From contig OZ237735.1 in the NCBI GenBank assembly GCA_965178125.1, forward strand, positions 2,418,001 to 2,482,000: 64,000 nt of DNA, read 5' to 3'. Source of the stretch: Bilabrum cf. latius. Lineage: Eukaryota. Shown here piece after piece: positions 41,337 through 54,500 of this stretch (its first letter is position 1; each line of letters starts with the position of its first letter). The notes beneath the pieces were generated by a model. The model was not told the origin of the DNA and did no database searches. It saw only the letters and a list, made by a program, of their open reading frames with translations. The translations under genes were made by a program, and so were the position numbers.

Positions 41337-42893
41337 CATGTTCACCTGGCCCGCGGCCGACTGGCGTGGAATCCTTTGTACCTACCAGCTCGGGTGCCTC
41401 GCATTGCCCGCCAAACAACATTCGGAACAGCAGCTCCAGGCTGGGATGCCGCTGATAGTGCCCCATGCTTGAATTCACCTCGAGTAGGACGGGAATGAGG
41501 CCACCACTTGTGCCAAGTATAGTGCCGTCGTAAACGTTCGCGCCCGCCGCGGCCGTGGGGACACTTACCCTGGCATCCGCGGGAACAGCCTAAGATACAC
41601 CCTCCTCCTTCTTCTCAAATACCTTAGGATCAATCCACAGCGGCACAGCAGACACGAAGTGCCCCAGGACGTCCACCACGAAGCAGGGCGGGTGCTCCTT
41701 CCTGGCCTTGTCCACCGTGTATGCTCCGTGCCGCTCCAGCCACGCAGCAGGACTAGCCAAACACCGGGATGGCAGGGAAACTAATGGATCCTTGACTGGA
41801 ATCGACGGTCTTGGTCTCCCTGGCTTTGAGTCCGGCTTGCGGTGCTCACCTGGTGCATCCTCGAGAAAAGGAGCAGCAGATGCATCGCCTGGTGAATCCT
41901 CGAGAACAGGAGCAGCAGGTGCAACAGGTGCATCACCGGCAGGCCCGGTGCTGGTGGCAGCGCCTGCCCCGTCGTGAACCGGGCTGGCCTTGCCGCCAGG
42001 TGTGTCAAGCACATCTGTGGATGGAATGCCCTTCAACAACTCAGCGCAAGGCCACCAGTGGCTTGGACTGGAGCTGCCAGTGCTCGAGCTCGCCTGTATC
42101 TCAGCACCGTGACGAACTGGTGCTGATGATTCCATGCCTTTGTCAGGACCTGGAGGCTTATGATCGCTGCTATCTGTACCGCCGCTCTTCTATTGAACTG
42201 GTGGTCCTATCAGCTCACCCACAGTCCCAACTCTTGCTCCCGAATAGTCCACCCCGGGAGACTCCACGAAGCACCTGAGGCGGCGGAACGGGGCCATCTC
42301 GGGCTCCCTTCTTGCCTCCTCCTCCGACACTTCGTCGCGTTCTATGTGGCGGAGAAAGAAAATAGGGAGGCGCATTCTGGATCGAGGGGCCTAACTAGCA
42401 GTCACTGGACTGCCGCCGCTTGATGAGGATGATCCAGCCCTGGCCGATTGTGTCGCGCTCCCGATGGCGGTCCTGCTGGCGCAGAACTGTTGCAGCCTGT
42501 CGCTAATTTCGTAGTTTGCCACCCAGTTAGACACATAAGCTGTTTTACTGGCGGCCGAAGGAAACTCTTCGGGATTGCTTTCAATGTACCTTGAGCGATC
42601 CTGTTCCAAGTCTCGCATGAATGCGCCCACTCCGGCTGCCACATTGCTCGTGTCAGAGAGCCAATCAAAATGCTTCACTAGTTCCCGCAGCTGAGAAGCT
42701 GTCTCAATAACCCCTTTAACTGGCATCTGAGACAATGCGAGGCAATTAATCGTTGCAAAGTATCCGCATGCAGCGCTTGGCGCCCTGTGCTTTGTGCGAA
42801 TGTCCACCAGCTATGACCACTAATCGACTACTTTCACCTGAGTCACAAATCCATTAGGACATCCAGACCCTTCAATTGCCTTACGGTAACCAT
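40417..42893 (-). CDS. Putative papain-fold Cys-His-Asn domain fused to the C-terminal NADPH-binding module of a CPR/MTRR-type diflavin reductase; exons 42893-42885 and 42837-40417
   Basis: ATG GTT ACC|GTAAGG...GACTCAG|GTG AAA (47-bp intron). ORFs 42391-42807, 42190-42375, 41590-42135, 40999-41478 and 40417-40968 are one frame via TAGs. N-terminal motifs: ACGYFATIN, VVDVLGHFVS, LLEVNS. C-terminal motifs: LLFG..R..YDFL, AFSRE, YVYVCGDG..MARDV, GRYERDIWS-TGA. Confidence 0.6.
41297..41335. repeat. (CTG/AGC)n microsatellite, poly-Ser on the minus strand
   Basis: About 13 tandem triplets lie between the two modules of the chimeric ORF. Confidence 0.9.
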
Positions 42894-43229
42894 CCTGTTC
42901 GCTTGGGAGCAATGGAATGCGTTCCATGAAAGCCAGACTCCAGCTTCAAGAACGCTAGCCTTGCTTGTCAACACAACCACAAACTCTGTGATTTTCAGAT
43001 GAAACAGCGATAAACAAAGAGTTTATACACCGCAGACAGACCTAATTGTGTAGTTATGTCCTATTTGATCGAGTATGGGATTTTATTTGCGAGTTGCCGA
43101 TCCACACAAAAGTGCATTGCACGATAGCACGCTGTGGACGGGACAAGAAGCGGTTGGTTTCATCGAACTGGATGGCGAGATGAAGCAAATGTTCGCGCAT
43201 CTAGGCGTATTTCTTGAAGTATTTTAAGG

Positions 43230-46200
43230 ATGTCAGGTCGTCGCCGTGGCTAGAGGCAGAGACGTTTCCAGGCAGACAGTCAATGGCAGTGGAGTGAGCT
43301 GGCATCTGGCTGGGTACGGGCTTCCCGCGATGTCTTGCAAGGATCAGGGAGGCATAGCCTCCGGCATTCTGACTATGATAAAGGGCGCAGATGGCACCCA
43401 CAGTAGGCGTGGTATGACGATCGTAGGCATGTACACCCCGTGGCAGCTGCTGTAGGGATCAGCCAAGGGTGGCAAGGATGGGAGCCTCGGCATGCCGCCG
43501 CTAGAATTGCGGAAGCTTCTTAGTCTGACCCTATCACAATAGATCATAACAACCGAGCACGTAGGCCTGGTGGCCGGGGAATTGACGGTGCGGGCCTTCC
43601 TTTGCCGCAAGATGCGCCCGTGGTAGACGCCATGACTGCTCCCACCCTGGGAAACGAAAGCACGTCAGCAAGCCAGGGCGAAGCAACTGCTGCCACCAGC
43701 ACCAATAACTCAGCCGGCAGCGCAATTCGTGCAGCAGGCAGCATCGGCCAGGGCACCACTGAGCACGGCAAACCACCGGCACGTCCGGTACCATACGGAG
43801 GGACTGCGAACTCATCATTGGGGGTCCACCGGAAGCAGCTGGAGGAGGAAAAGGGAGCGGGAGAGATTCTCTTTGCCCGGAGAAGGCGCCCTGGCAAGGG
43901 AGGTGTTGCTGCGGTCGCCCGGACAGGCTTGGCCTCTTCCTATGACCCGCCAATCGATGCCTCCGCCGGGGTGGCAGGCAGCAGCGCCCTCCCCCTCAGC
44001 CCCAGTCCCCGCGCGTCGCAGTCTAGATCCAGGTCCAGGTCCAGGTCAATGTCTTCAGATCGGTCTGCCTCCGTCGAGCCCAGCGGCCAGCGCACTCGAC
44101 TCGGTCCTCAAGCTGCTGCAGACGCGAGAGGGGTAGTGGACCGTGGAAGGGCCACTAGGAGAGTGAGCGGGCAGGCATCCGTTGCGACTAGCAGCAGATT
44201 CTCTGGCGCTGGTGCCCGTAGCAGGGCAGGAAGTGTCGCCAGTGCGGCGGCAGCAACTGGCATGCGGCTGCGAGCCAAGCGCCCCGTGCTGTTCGTCCGA
44301 GCCGAGCGCCCCCCAGACCCTCTGCTGGCCACCATTCCGACCGCATACCTGCGGAACAAGAGGGTGCTTCAGCTCTTCCCGGGCGATGGGGCCTCGTCTG
44401 CATTCCTTGCTGAGCACATGCACCCGCTGCACGTCCTAGGACTAGAGCCCGATTCGTCTCTCGTCAGGCAAGCACGGGGCGGGCTATCAGAGAGGGCGGC
44501 TAGCCTTGCCCTGGCTGCTGGGCTGAGACCTGGAGTAGACCTGGAGCTCGACAGGCGCGCCCATGCAGCGCAAGTTGAGCGCAGCAAGGATCAACATGAG
44601 AGCTCAAGAGCAGGGGACTCGGCACTGAAACCCTCCGGCCCCGACGCAGAGCACGGGTAGCAAGCCAGTGCGTCGGCTGTGCCCTTCCTGCGCATCGGCC
44701 TAGTCTCGAGCCGGGAGAGGGAGCGCTCTGACAGCAGCTATCATCTTGCGAATAGTCAGGCAAGCAAGGGTGTATCCTCCTCCACGCGTGCCGCAAACAG
44801 CGGGGACGAGCCGGTGGACTCGGGTCTTGGCCCAAGCTGGTCTCCCGTATCCATCGACGTGCCCAACAACACATCAGTTGTGTCGCATAATGGGGAATAG
44901 TGCAGCGACAGCAGCAATGGCAAAGAGGTCAGTAGCAGAAAGGAAAACTCGTTGACTGGGACATCGGCAGGGCGGAAACGATCTCGGGCAGAGATGAGTG
45001 GAAGTGCGACGGATCAGAGAGGTGGCGCTGCAGGAGGGCAGAGTTGCCGATCCCAAGCTTCGATGCAGTAGGCCAGCCCGCAAGGCGGCTCGGATTCAGG
45101 TATGCCACAGCAAGTGGTTCTTTTGCAAGCGTATGCGTCTGGAACGCAGCAGCATGCTGAGAATTCAAGCAAGAGAAGGCGAGTGGAGGACGGCTTGAGC
45201 CAGCAGTCCGTGACAGCCCACCAACGCCGAGCAGCTGAAGCGCTGGTGCCGATGCCCATTCCTTTGGCAATGCTGAGAATTGCTAGAAGGCGGAGACGAC
45301 CGCTCTTTCTGTTGCCGAAGGTTGCGGCCACGGAGTACCCGGCTGCTGCCCGTGCCTTGGCATCTGATCGATCGCGTGCGTCGCGCAGCAGCGCTGGTCA
45401 GGTCGGTGGCGCCACATCTACTGCCACATCTACTGCCCTCCAAGATAGCACGGGGACAGCTGGGCGCGTCAGTGCCTCCGGTACCAACACCGGTTCTATG
45501 GGCCGTGCGCAGCACAGGTCGCAAGGTGAGCCCGAACAGAACGAGGCAGACGATCCGTGGCTGCCTCCGGGGGAGTCCGGTACGAAGCACAACGAGAACC
45601 GCTCGGGGGCGTCGATTGGCGATGGAAGTAGTCACTCAGCCGAACTGGCCGCAGAAGGTCACGCGGTCGATTCACTCGGGGCAGGGGACCTTGAGCGCCT
45701 CGATCTGGAAGGGCACAACAGCGGCGGGTTCGGGCCATCGTTGCAGCAGGAGCAGCAGCCGATACATCGTGCGCTGCGAGGTGCCAACACCTGGGGCTTT
45801 CCTCACAATGTGACGTTTCGGCAGGAGGACCCGTGCGATGGAAGGCTGTTGCGCAGGCACGCGGTAGGCTCCTTCCAGGTCGTGCTGCTCCTAAGGGCGG
45901 GTGTGGCGAGGATGCTTCGACGGTGCGGAAGCGAGCGCGAGGTGGTGCGCGTGCTGTCTCACTGCCACCGGCTGCTGCCGCCGGGTGGTGTGCTGCTGCT
46001 TGAGGTACCGACCGGCCGGTGGCTTCGGTCGTGGCAGCGACGCAAGGAAAAGAAGGACTTGCAGACGGTGCGTCAGTACCCAGGTGGTGATACAGGGGAT
46101 GACACAGCTGGTGGCGAAGGCGTTTCGCGTGGAACAGATCGAGGTGCAGATGCTGCCAACCAATCGCAACTGCAAAGCACGAGCCAATTGCATGCCAATG

Positions 46201-46928
46201 ATGCAGACGAAAAGGCCATCGGGTCTAGTGGGCCTATTGGAGACGATGCTCCTGCTGCCAACGAGGCGCATGGGCACGCTGCATCAGTGCCAACGGTGGG
46301 CAGTCTCGGAGCATTCCAAGGCACGAACAACGCTGTCTCTGACCCGCCTATTGCTGATGCCGGCACCGGTAGTGGTGCTGGTGCTGGTGCTGGTGCTGGT
46401 GCTGGTGCTGGTGCTGGTGATGGTGCTGGTGCTGGTGCTGGTGCTGGTGCTGGTGCTGGTGCTGGTACTAAGACAAAGGCTGGGAATGGGACTGGCACCG
46501 TCGCAAGCCTTGGGCTTGGATCCAAAGTGGAGCCGGAGTTTGTCGGAGACCTCCCAATAGAGTCTCCTTCTGCAGCCCATGCCGGTGCTGGGGATGGAAG
46601 CACGGGGATGCATGACCTCCCAGTGCCGGCCAACTAGCCCGAGGGTGCAATCCACGACCAAGCAGGTCCCGATCCTGCCGACGTGCTGCTGCCGTACATG
46701 CTGCCGTAGATTCTAACCAGGCAAGTCGGCTTCCGCTCCGTGTCGAGGCTACGGTCCGTGAGGCTGCCTGTTGACGTTGGAAAGGCTTCCTGGGGCAAGA
46801 CAAGCTGGGATGACTGTGGGCTCGATTCCATTCCACACACAATGCATGCAAGCGGCGTGCAAGAGCGGCAGATTGTGGTGCTCGAGAAGAAGCGCCTGCC
46901 TCGAGGGAGATTGGGTAGAGTGGTTTGA
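43230..46928 (+). CDS. Bin3/MePCE-like RNA methyltransferase homolog with degenerate motifs and large low-complexity inserts (~1,232 aa)
   Basis: One frame through TAGs (including 44658, 44898, 45069, 46635 and 46707) to TGA 46926-28. Blocks LRNKRVLQL...[33 protein letters not shown]...[13 protein letters not shown] and ILTRQVGF...RQIVVLEK follow the Bin3 domain order. Confidence 0.65.
46374..46466 (+). repeat. (GGTGCT)n coding microsatellite (Gly-Ala)
   Basis: About 15 hexamers, one of them GGTGAT. Confidence 0.9.
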
Positions 46929-47169
46929 CTGCAATACTATTCTGATTCAGTTGTGACACTGTCTGTTCGCGTCAAAGTTTCGTTTATTCAAGCTGTATGC
47001 ACCCCACCACACACCAAGCAAACTCGTTCCTTGCAGCACATACAAGTTGCGCCCTCAGCCACCCCACCCCAGCACACACTGCCACTGGCAGCAGTGCCGT
47101 GGAGCCCGCCGGCCGGCGTCATCACACCTCGTCCTGCCCTGACGTTGGGACTAGCACATATCTAGCACC

Positions 47170-48323
47170 ATGGCAGCCGCAGAAGGTGGATCAGCCGACA
47201 AGGGTTCATTTTCCACACCTGTGTGTGTGACCGGCGCCTCTGGATTTCTTGCTGGCCATGTTGTAAAGGGACTACTTGAGCGCGGAGCCACGGTGAGCGG
47301 GCTGCTACTGTTCTGCTGCAGATTTGGCGTGCGCCTCGGCTAGTATGCAGCATCACAATTCGTACAATTTATTATCAACTATTGCAGGTGCATGGGACAG
47401 TGCGGTCTCTGAAGTCTGCCGCGAAGACTGCTCACTTGACTGCTTTGGAAGGTGCGAAGGAGCGCCTCAAGCTTTTTGAGGCTGATCTGCTCAAGGCCGG
47501 CAGCTTTGACGAGGCAGTGGCGGGTTGTGACACTGTTATTCATACGGCCAGTCCTTTCTTCAATGGGTCTGACCCTGATCAGCTGGTTAAGCCTGCGGTG
47601 GAAGGGACCACGAATGTGCTGGCAGCCTGCAAGAAGGCCGGCGTTAAGGTATTTGTGTGTACGTCCTCTACCGCAGCCGTGTTTGGAAAGAAAGGCGGAG
47701 TTCCAGCGGGTCATGTTTTTACCGAGGGCGACTGGGCAGACGCGGACTAGGCCACGGAGAAGGGCTTTCACTATGTCACCAGCAAGATTTTGGCCGAGCG
47801 CCTGATCCACGAGCCCAGCCGGCTCGCCGAGGGTGCCCGCGTGTGCGCCATCAATCCCTGCCTGATTCTGGGACCCATGCTGCAGCCAGTAATGAACACT
47901 TCTTCGGAAGTGATCGCTGATTTCGTGACGGGCAAGCACGAGGCGATTCCGACCGGTTACATCACTGCTGTGGACGTCACCGACACTGCGCAGGCGCACA
48001 TCGAAGCGGCCTTGAGGCCGGAGGCGAAGGGCCGGTTCCTTATGGTCGGGAAGAACCAGGCAGCCAAATGGGAGGACTGCGTGGCGGCCATGCGGGAGAC
48101 TCTCCCCGAGGACCTCGCCTCCAAGGTGCCCAAGGAGCTGGCGGCCAAGGGCAGCGAGAAGGCATGGAGGTACAACATGGATCTCAAGAGGGCCGACTGC
48201 AGCAAGTGCGAGAAGGTGCTGGGTATCGCCCCCAAGGACCCCAGCGAGAGTGTGAGGGAGTTGTGCAAGGACCCAGTGTTCCTTGGCCTGGTGAGGGAGT
48301 AGCTCAAGGCTGAAGACAAGTGA
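47170..48323 (+). CDS. NAD(P)-dependent epimerase/reductase (extended SDR, CCR/DFR-like); exons 47170-47292 and 47388-48323
   Basis: Motifs VCVTGASGFLAGHVV, VIHTASPF, PAVEGT.NVL, TSSTAAV and catalytic YVTSK. Phase-0 GTGAGC...TTGCAG intron. The TAG at 47748 lies just before YxxxK; second TAG at 48300; TGA at 48321-23. Confidence 0.9.
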
Positions 48324-48511
48324 GTGGACAGGCAAGAGAAGGCGAGTCCGTTGGCGAATGAGGGGTAAGCATGGGTCAGCCAGTGAGGTGTTCCACGACC
48401 CCATCGGTTGATCAGCTTGTCTGGCGAAGTCCTGCCAAAACACACGCGTGGAATGAAACAGCATGCCCATCATTCTAAAGTGTTCAAAGCAGACAGTCCG
48501 CACTACGGCTG

Positions 48512-51500
48512 TCACACGCCACCCCGCATCACGACTATCTTGTCTCTGCTCCCCCTCGACGGCATGGGAGCGCCCTCGATGGAAGCAAGGTCGCCCTACC
48601 CACGCCTGCCCTTCTTGACACGCGGTGCCCTCCCCCTCCTCACACGACCTCTGCGCCTTACGCTGCTGCCAGCCGCTGATGCCAGGTCGTCCAGCTCAAG
48701 CTCGCCGGAGTCGCTGCTGCTGCTGCTGCTGGTCGAGTTGGTGCCGGTGTCATCGCCCGTCTCGCTCAACCCGGAGGCGTAGGGCAACCCTGCGATGTCA
48801 CTTGCATCTCGCCGGGCATGGCGTCTGTCGCTGTCATGGATGACCTGCCTTTCGTGGCCGCGGCCGTGCCGCCGGTGGTCGGTGCCATCAGAGTGCACCG
48901 AATCCAGTTGCCGTTCGCTTCCTCCTGACCCCGATTCGCCTGCCTTGGAGCTTCCGGCCATGGAATCCACCATCATCACGCCGAGCCGGCCCAGCTACTC
49001 ATCCAGTTCGTCCTGCGGCCGGTTGCTCTCGTACCGATCCATCCTCGGCGGGGGCTTCAGGGGAGTGCCCGGTTCCGTGCCCTTCGGCTGCTTTCCAACC
49101 ACCCCCATAGTTCCTTGTTGCGCGCGCCTCGCCTTGGCATTGGCTCTCTTCCTCGTGTTCAGGTCAGCGCTTGCCGGGGACAGCAGCCCAACCTCCGGGC
49201 TGGAGCCGGCTGCCGAGTCGCTGTCCGAATCATCTGCGGCACGGGCAGTTGAAGGGCCATCAGAGGTATCTACACGCTGGTCTCCACCTAGCAATACTCC
49301 ACTGTCTGGCGGCTGATCGCGGCTCGCGCCCTGCACAGTGCCTGTTGGTAGGGCGTCTGACTGGTTCCGAGGCTAGCGCTGACGACTAGTGTTGGGTGAT
49401 TTCCAAGTGTCCGCACCACCCATCCGATCGCCGTCCAAGTCAGAGCCTGTCTCGCTTCCACTGCTGGTATCAGTGTCAGTGCCCGTGCCCGTTCCGCTTC
49501 CCGAGTCGTCGTCGTCAGAGTCGCTAACGATGAGTTCTGGTAGGGCGCTCCGGTTGCGAGGCAGGCGCGCTGCACCTCCCAGGCCCTGCCGTGGGCCTGT
49601 TTCGCGCGGCTTTCCCCGCTCGTGATGCAGGTTTGCGTGGCTGTGCACGGGTTCATGAAGCGGGGTAGAGGCTGTGCTGGGCACCTGGGGGGGTACCGCC
49701 ACATCACCGACAGAACCATCTCGAGCCGAATTGGGCATGGTAGACTCGGTGCTCTCGGACATTCCGGCAGGCACTGTTCGGTGGTCCTGAAACGGGATCC
49801 GCCCCATCGTCATATTGTGGGCATTGGAGGCATGGTGGTGCAGCAGCCCCACTAGCTTTCGTTTCGTCTCGTGGTCCACCCCAAGCTCTGCAAGACTCCC
49901 CCCCATGTCTTGGAAGTCGCGAAGAAGATGGCTCAGCTGCCCACTGCTGCGCCGCCGCTCGTGGCCGGAGCCCTACCGACGTTTCTGCGCATCAGTCAGC
50001 TCGTACTTTCCCTCGGTGTCCGACAGCTGAAAGCCGTCCATCCCAGCCGGCCCCATCGAATCCTCACGGGGTGCCGTTTCGGCAATGCTATGCTCCCGGC
50101 GCTCGTACGGGTTGGAAGCACCAACATCTGTTTCTTCGGGTGCTGCGAGTCCCCACCGCTTTCTAGCACTGGTGCTGCCAGGTTGCCTCGCCACTGGGCT
50201 GCGTTCTGACTCCGTACCTGTGTCTGAAGAAGATCCACCGTGTCCGCCAAACTCGAACCTCGCCCCGGGTCGTCGCGGAGTTGGCCCTGCCAAGCGCTTT
50301 GCATTGTCAACCTGGTGCCTGGCCTACTTCTTACGGGCTTCACTCACGATTGGGTTGTCTTCGAAGCTGCTAGAGGCCTAGGAATCGCCAACCACTGCGC
50401 TTCGCATCCGTCCTTTGCCCCTCTTTGCCCTTTTGTCTTTCTTACTGCCAGCGGCCTTTCGCTTCGGGTGGTCCCTGTTGCCGCGCCCCCGCTTGTTCTG
50501 GCCACGGGTACCGGCCTTCTTGTGCTGCTGCTTACCGGTATCGGTTGATTTGGTGACCGCGCTCGGGGTCGGCGACACGCGTATCGAAGCGCCCGAGTCG
50601 GCGGCCACGTCCGCATTGCCGAGTCGGTGGTCCTCGAACATCACGCTGCCAGTCGCAGCCATCTGCGACTATTCCGCAGGGAACAGGTGACTGACTGACA
50701 CAACGCTGGGCAGCTTACGAATCGCGTCTCCGTTGGCATCGACAAAGGTGGCCGAGTCGTCCTGGCTGGACCCGCTCATGTCCATGATGAAACCGGCGAA
50801 CTGCCGGCCGTCTGACGTGACCCCCTCTCGACCTACGCGAGCTGCTCGCTTTTCTGCCCGCTTTATTTCGATCTCCTTTGCGGATGGCTGCCGAGGCGGC
50901 CGACCGTCCGCTGCTGGTGCGCTTGCAGCACTGCGAGAAGGGTTGTGCGAGCCGCGGCCGGCTACCAGGACCTGTGCCCCCGGCTTGCCGACATCGGTCG
51001 CGCTATCACTCGCAAACTGATCTTCATCAGAGGCAGCTGAGGCCGGCAGTGGTATCGCCACCCCTCGATCCTCGAGCCGACGAGGCGGCGCCTGCGGGCT
51101 CGCGGAACCTGCGCTGCCACGCCGCGGAGGCGGAGGCGGGGGCTGTTTCTGCTGGATGCCGCGGATCGTCGCCATGGCTGCCTGCTCTTGGGCCCGAGTG
51201 GAACTCGAGTCCTTGCTTCCGGCCTCCACGCCAATATCGTAGTCATAGTCGTCGAAAAAGGCCGCCCCAGCCACGTCCAGGCTGGAGTCCCTGCGGCCGT
51301 ACCCCTTGGCGGGGAGGCCGGGCTGCGAGCTGACAGAGCCCACGGAGCCCCGCCTCCCAAAGGACTGTCTCCTGCCGGCTGCCATGCCCTGGTTGCTGCC
51401 AAGGTGCATCCCAATGCCGGTACGACCGCCTGATGCCGCCAGCCCAGAGCGATCTCCTGGGGTTAGGTGAGCATGGCCAAGAGGCCGAGAGGGCGACTCC

Positions 51501-54500
51501 TCGCCGTGGCTGGAGCCTTCCCTGTGAACGTCATCCCCAAAACTGTCGAGCTCGTCAGAGACACCCTTTGATACCTCGTAGCGATAGTCACCGGAATCAT
51601 CAGACGGGCTGCTGTCGCTCAAGTCGTCGCCACCGTCGCCCGAAGAACCAGGCGCAGCGCCCGGTCTTGATGCTGTCGCGGCGGCCGCTGCCGAGACCTC
51701 TGCCACTAGCCCTGCAATGGCAGCCCTCTCCTGGTGCATTGCATTGCGACGAGCCCGCTCCACCGCCAGCTCCACGGCAGATCTCGCCTGCAACTCAACC
51801 ACCGGGACGTGCTCGTCCCCGCCGGTCGAAGTCGGTGCAGCCCCGCCGCCGCTGCCAAGGCTGGCACGCACGCTCCTGCCGCTTCCGCTGCTCAAAATGG
51901 CAGCGAGCGCGCTGACACTCGGTGGGCGCCTAGTCGCGCCGCTCTCCAGCTCGTCCAGAACCCCAGCGCACTCCTTGACCACGAGGCTGTACACGCTCCT
52001 CAAGAGCTTCCCCGAGGCCATGCTTGCCATCTGAGAGGGCGGGGGTGCGTTCCTGGACGCAAGGATCTCCGCCAATACGGTCGCCAGTTGGAACTCAACG
52101 GATCCATCCACGTACACGGCGTCGTGCCCACGAGTGGAACCGGTGGACCCCGCTGTCCGTGAGGCGCCCATCGAGAGCCCAGCGGCCTGCCTCGCGCTCG
52201 CAAGCTCTCGCACGTACAGTAGCCTGCTGCAGCCCAGCCGGATGGCACGAGGATCGTCGCTTGGGCGGGGCCAGCTGCTAGCCTACACTGCACTGGCGGC
52301 CTTGCGCTCACTGGTGCGGCTGCCCTCGGCAATCCACGTCTGCAGAGGGGAGGCAGGAGGCGCGTCATCGGCGGGAGCAGCAGCAGCGGCAGCGCCATTG
52401 GCGGCAGTGCGGTCTGCACCGGTGCCGGTGGACTGCTCCAGCTATTTACGGACCGTGTCGTGCTCTTCGAGCACATCCTTGTCTTCGCCGTTGTCCCCGA
52501 ACTCTGCCACATTGCCTGCACCTGCCTTCTCCTCCCTCTCGGTTTGCAACGCGTCACCCTCCTTGCTCTCGTAGCTCCCGGCTCGGTCACGGCTGCCAGC
52601 CGGCACCCTGCCGCCGCCTCCTCGACGCACTCGCTTGCCCACTCGACCGCGGCCTCGCCCTCCTGCAGCGAGAGACACCGTCACAGGCGAGGCAAATGCG
52701 TGCAGCCCCTTGGTTCCCGCTGGAGACTTGCGGGGCATCGTCAGGCCGCTGCCTCGCCTGGCCCTTCTCTTCTTCGCGGCCTTCTTGTTTCCTGTGGGGC
52801 TAACACCGACGCCGGTGCTTTGACCGGCCTTGGAAGGCACCGAGAATGCGTCCACGCTGCTGCGCTCTGGGCTCTCGTCTCGACCGACTATGCCCGCCGG
52901 TACAATTTCTCGAACGGTGCCGGAGTCTTCGTCTTCACCTCCCACGCGAGCCTCTGCATGGCGGCGATGGTGGTGGTGCTTGTTGTGTTTGTGGTAGTGA
53001 TGGTGGTGGTGATGGCCCGCCAGCTGAAGGCCCCCGGCCGGCACCCCGCTCGGCAGCCACTGCTGCTCGTCGTCGTCCCAGTGCTCCAGGCGCGCTTCCC
53101 TCAGAGCAGCCACCTCCGATGGCGCGTACACCACCACGATCGGATCGTCAGCCGACCTCCCGCCGGCGGCGCTGCTGGCACCATCGTCCCGCTTGTGCTG
53201 CTCGTTGAGAAGATCAACGGCCGTGTCGTTCACGGCCTTGGCGCTGGGCTCCTCATCTCCCTCTGCGAAGAGGAGCCTGGCGAGGGATGCAGCAACAAGG
53301 GAGGGGCACGTGCTGCTGTGCTGCCCCTTCCGCCGATGACCTGCGCCGTCGCCCGCCGCAAAGCCCGTCCTGGTGCGAGGGGATGCGAAATCAGGAGACA
53401 TTGGAGGTACGGCAATCGGCTTGACTCCAGGCGAGTGCATCGGGCTTCGCATGTCGAAAGCTCCGTCTTCTTCCTCCGAGCCGGCGGTGGACGCTGCCAG
53501 CACGCCGCCCCCCATTCTCTTCCTTGGGAGGTGGGTGTCCTCCCCAGTTCCAACACTCAGCGAAGAGCCGCCGAGCGTGTCCCCCACCCCCGAACTAAGT
53601 CGCTCCCACTGCTCCCGAAGCCAGGCGGCCATGGCCTGCGACGACACGTACACCGCGTCGAATCGAGTGGGCACGCCTCTCCGCACGGACTCTGCGGCAT
53701 CTCCCAGGCTAAAGACAGGCCAGACCACCACCTGCAGCCCGGACTGGGCGGCCACCTTTTCGATCGCAAGCATCATGTAGGCCTGCCGATCGGGGCTCGG
53801 CTCCGCAAGCAGCACGTTGATGGAGGCTGCCTGCGCCTTTGCCTCGGGCAGCAGACCGCGCTGCAGCACCCGCTGCAGAGCCGCCATGTCTCCTCGAGCT
53901 CCCGTCTGAGGACCTGTCTCCACCTGCGACTTGGAGCCGAGCAGGCCGCCGAGCTTGCTGGTGACCCTGGCGGCGAGAGCGTGCCGAACGGCCCTGGATT
54001 CCTTGCCAGAGAGAACGTCCGCAACCAGCCGGCCAGTCCCATCGAGCTACTCGGCTGCGCGCCGCAGGGCCTGCATTGTGCCGTGGTCCGGATCAGAGAG
54101 ACCCGCAGTGGCGCCATGACCGATGGCCCCCTTGGCAGTAGGAAGAGCATTGGACGCAGCAGTGACAGCATCCAGCACCCATCGCTGCAGGACCTGTCGT
54201 TCGGCGTCCAGTGCAGAGTCTCGTCCTTCGGCTGCTGCTGCGTGCTCCCGCTGGTCATCGAGCTTGCGCTGCTCGAGCGCCTACGCCACCATCTTGTAGG
54301 CCTCCAGGGCCACTACGGATGCGTCCGGTTGTTTCTATTGCTGGCGCGCCTTCGATCGCGATGTGTGGCCGGATGCGCTGCTGCTGCGATGCTTGCTCTT
54401 GTGGCGACTCGTGCTGTTTCCTTTTCCGCCGCGAGCGCCCCGGTTGGAGTGTCGATCGCTCGTCGAGCGCCCACGCTGGTGTCCCCCACCTCCACTGCCC

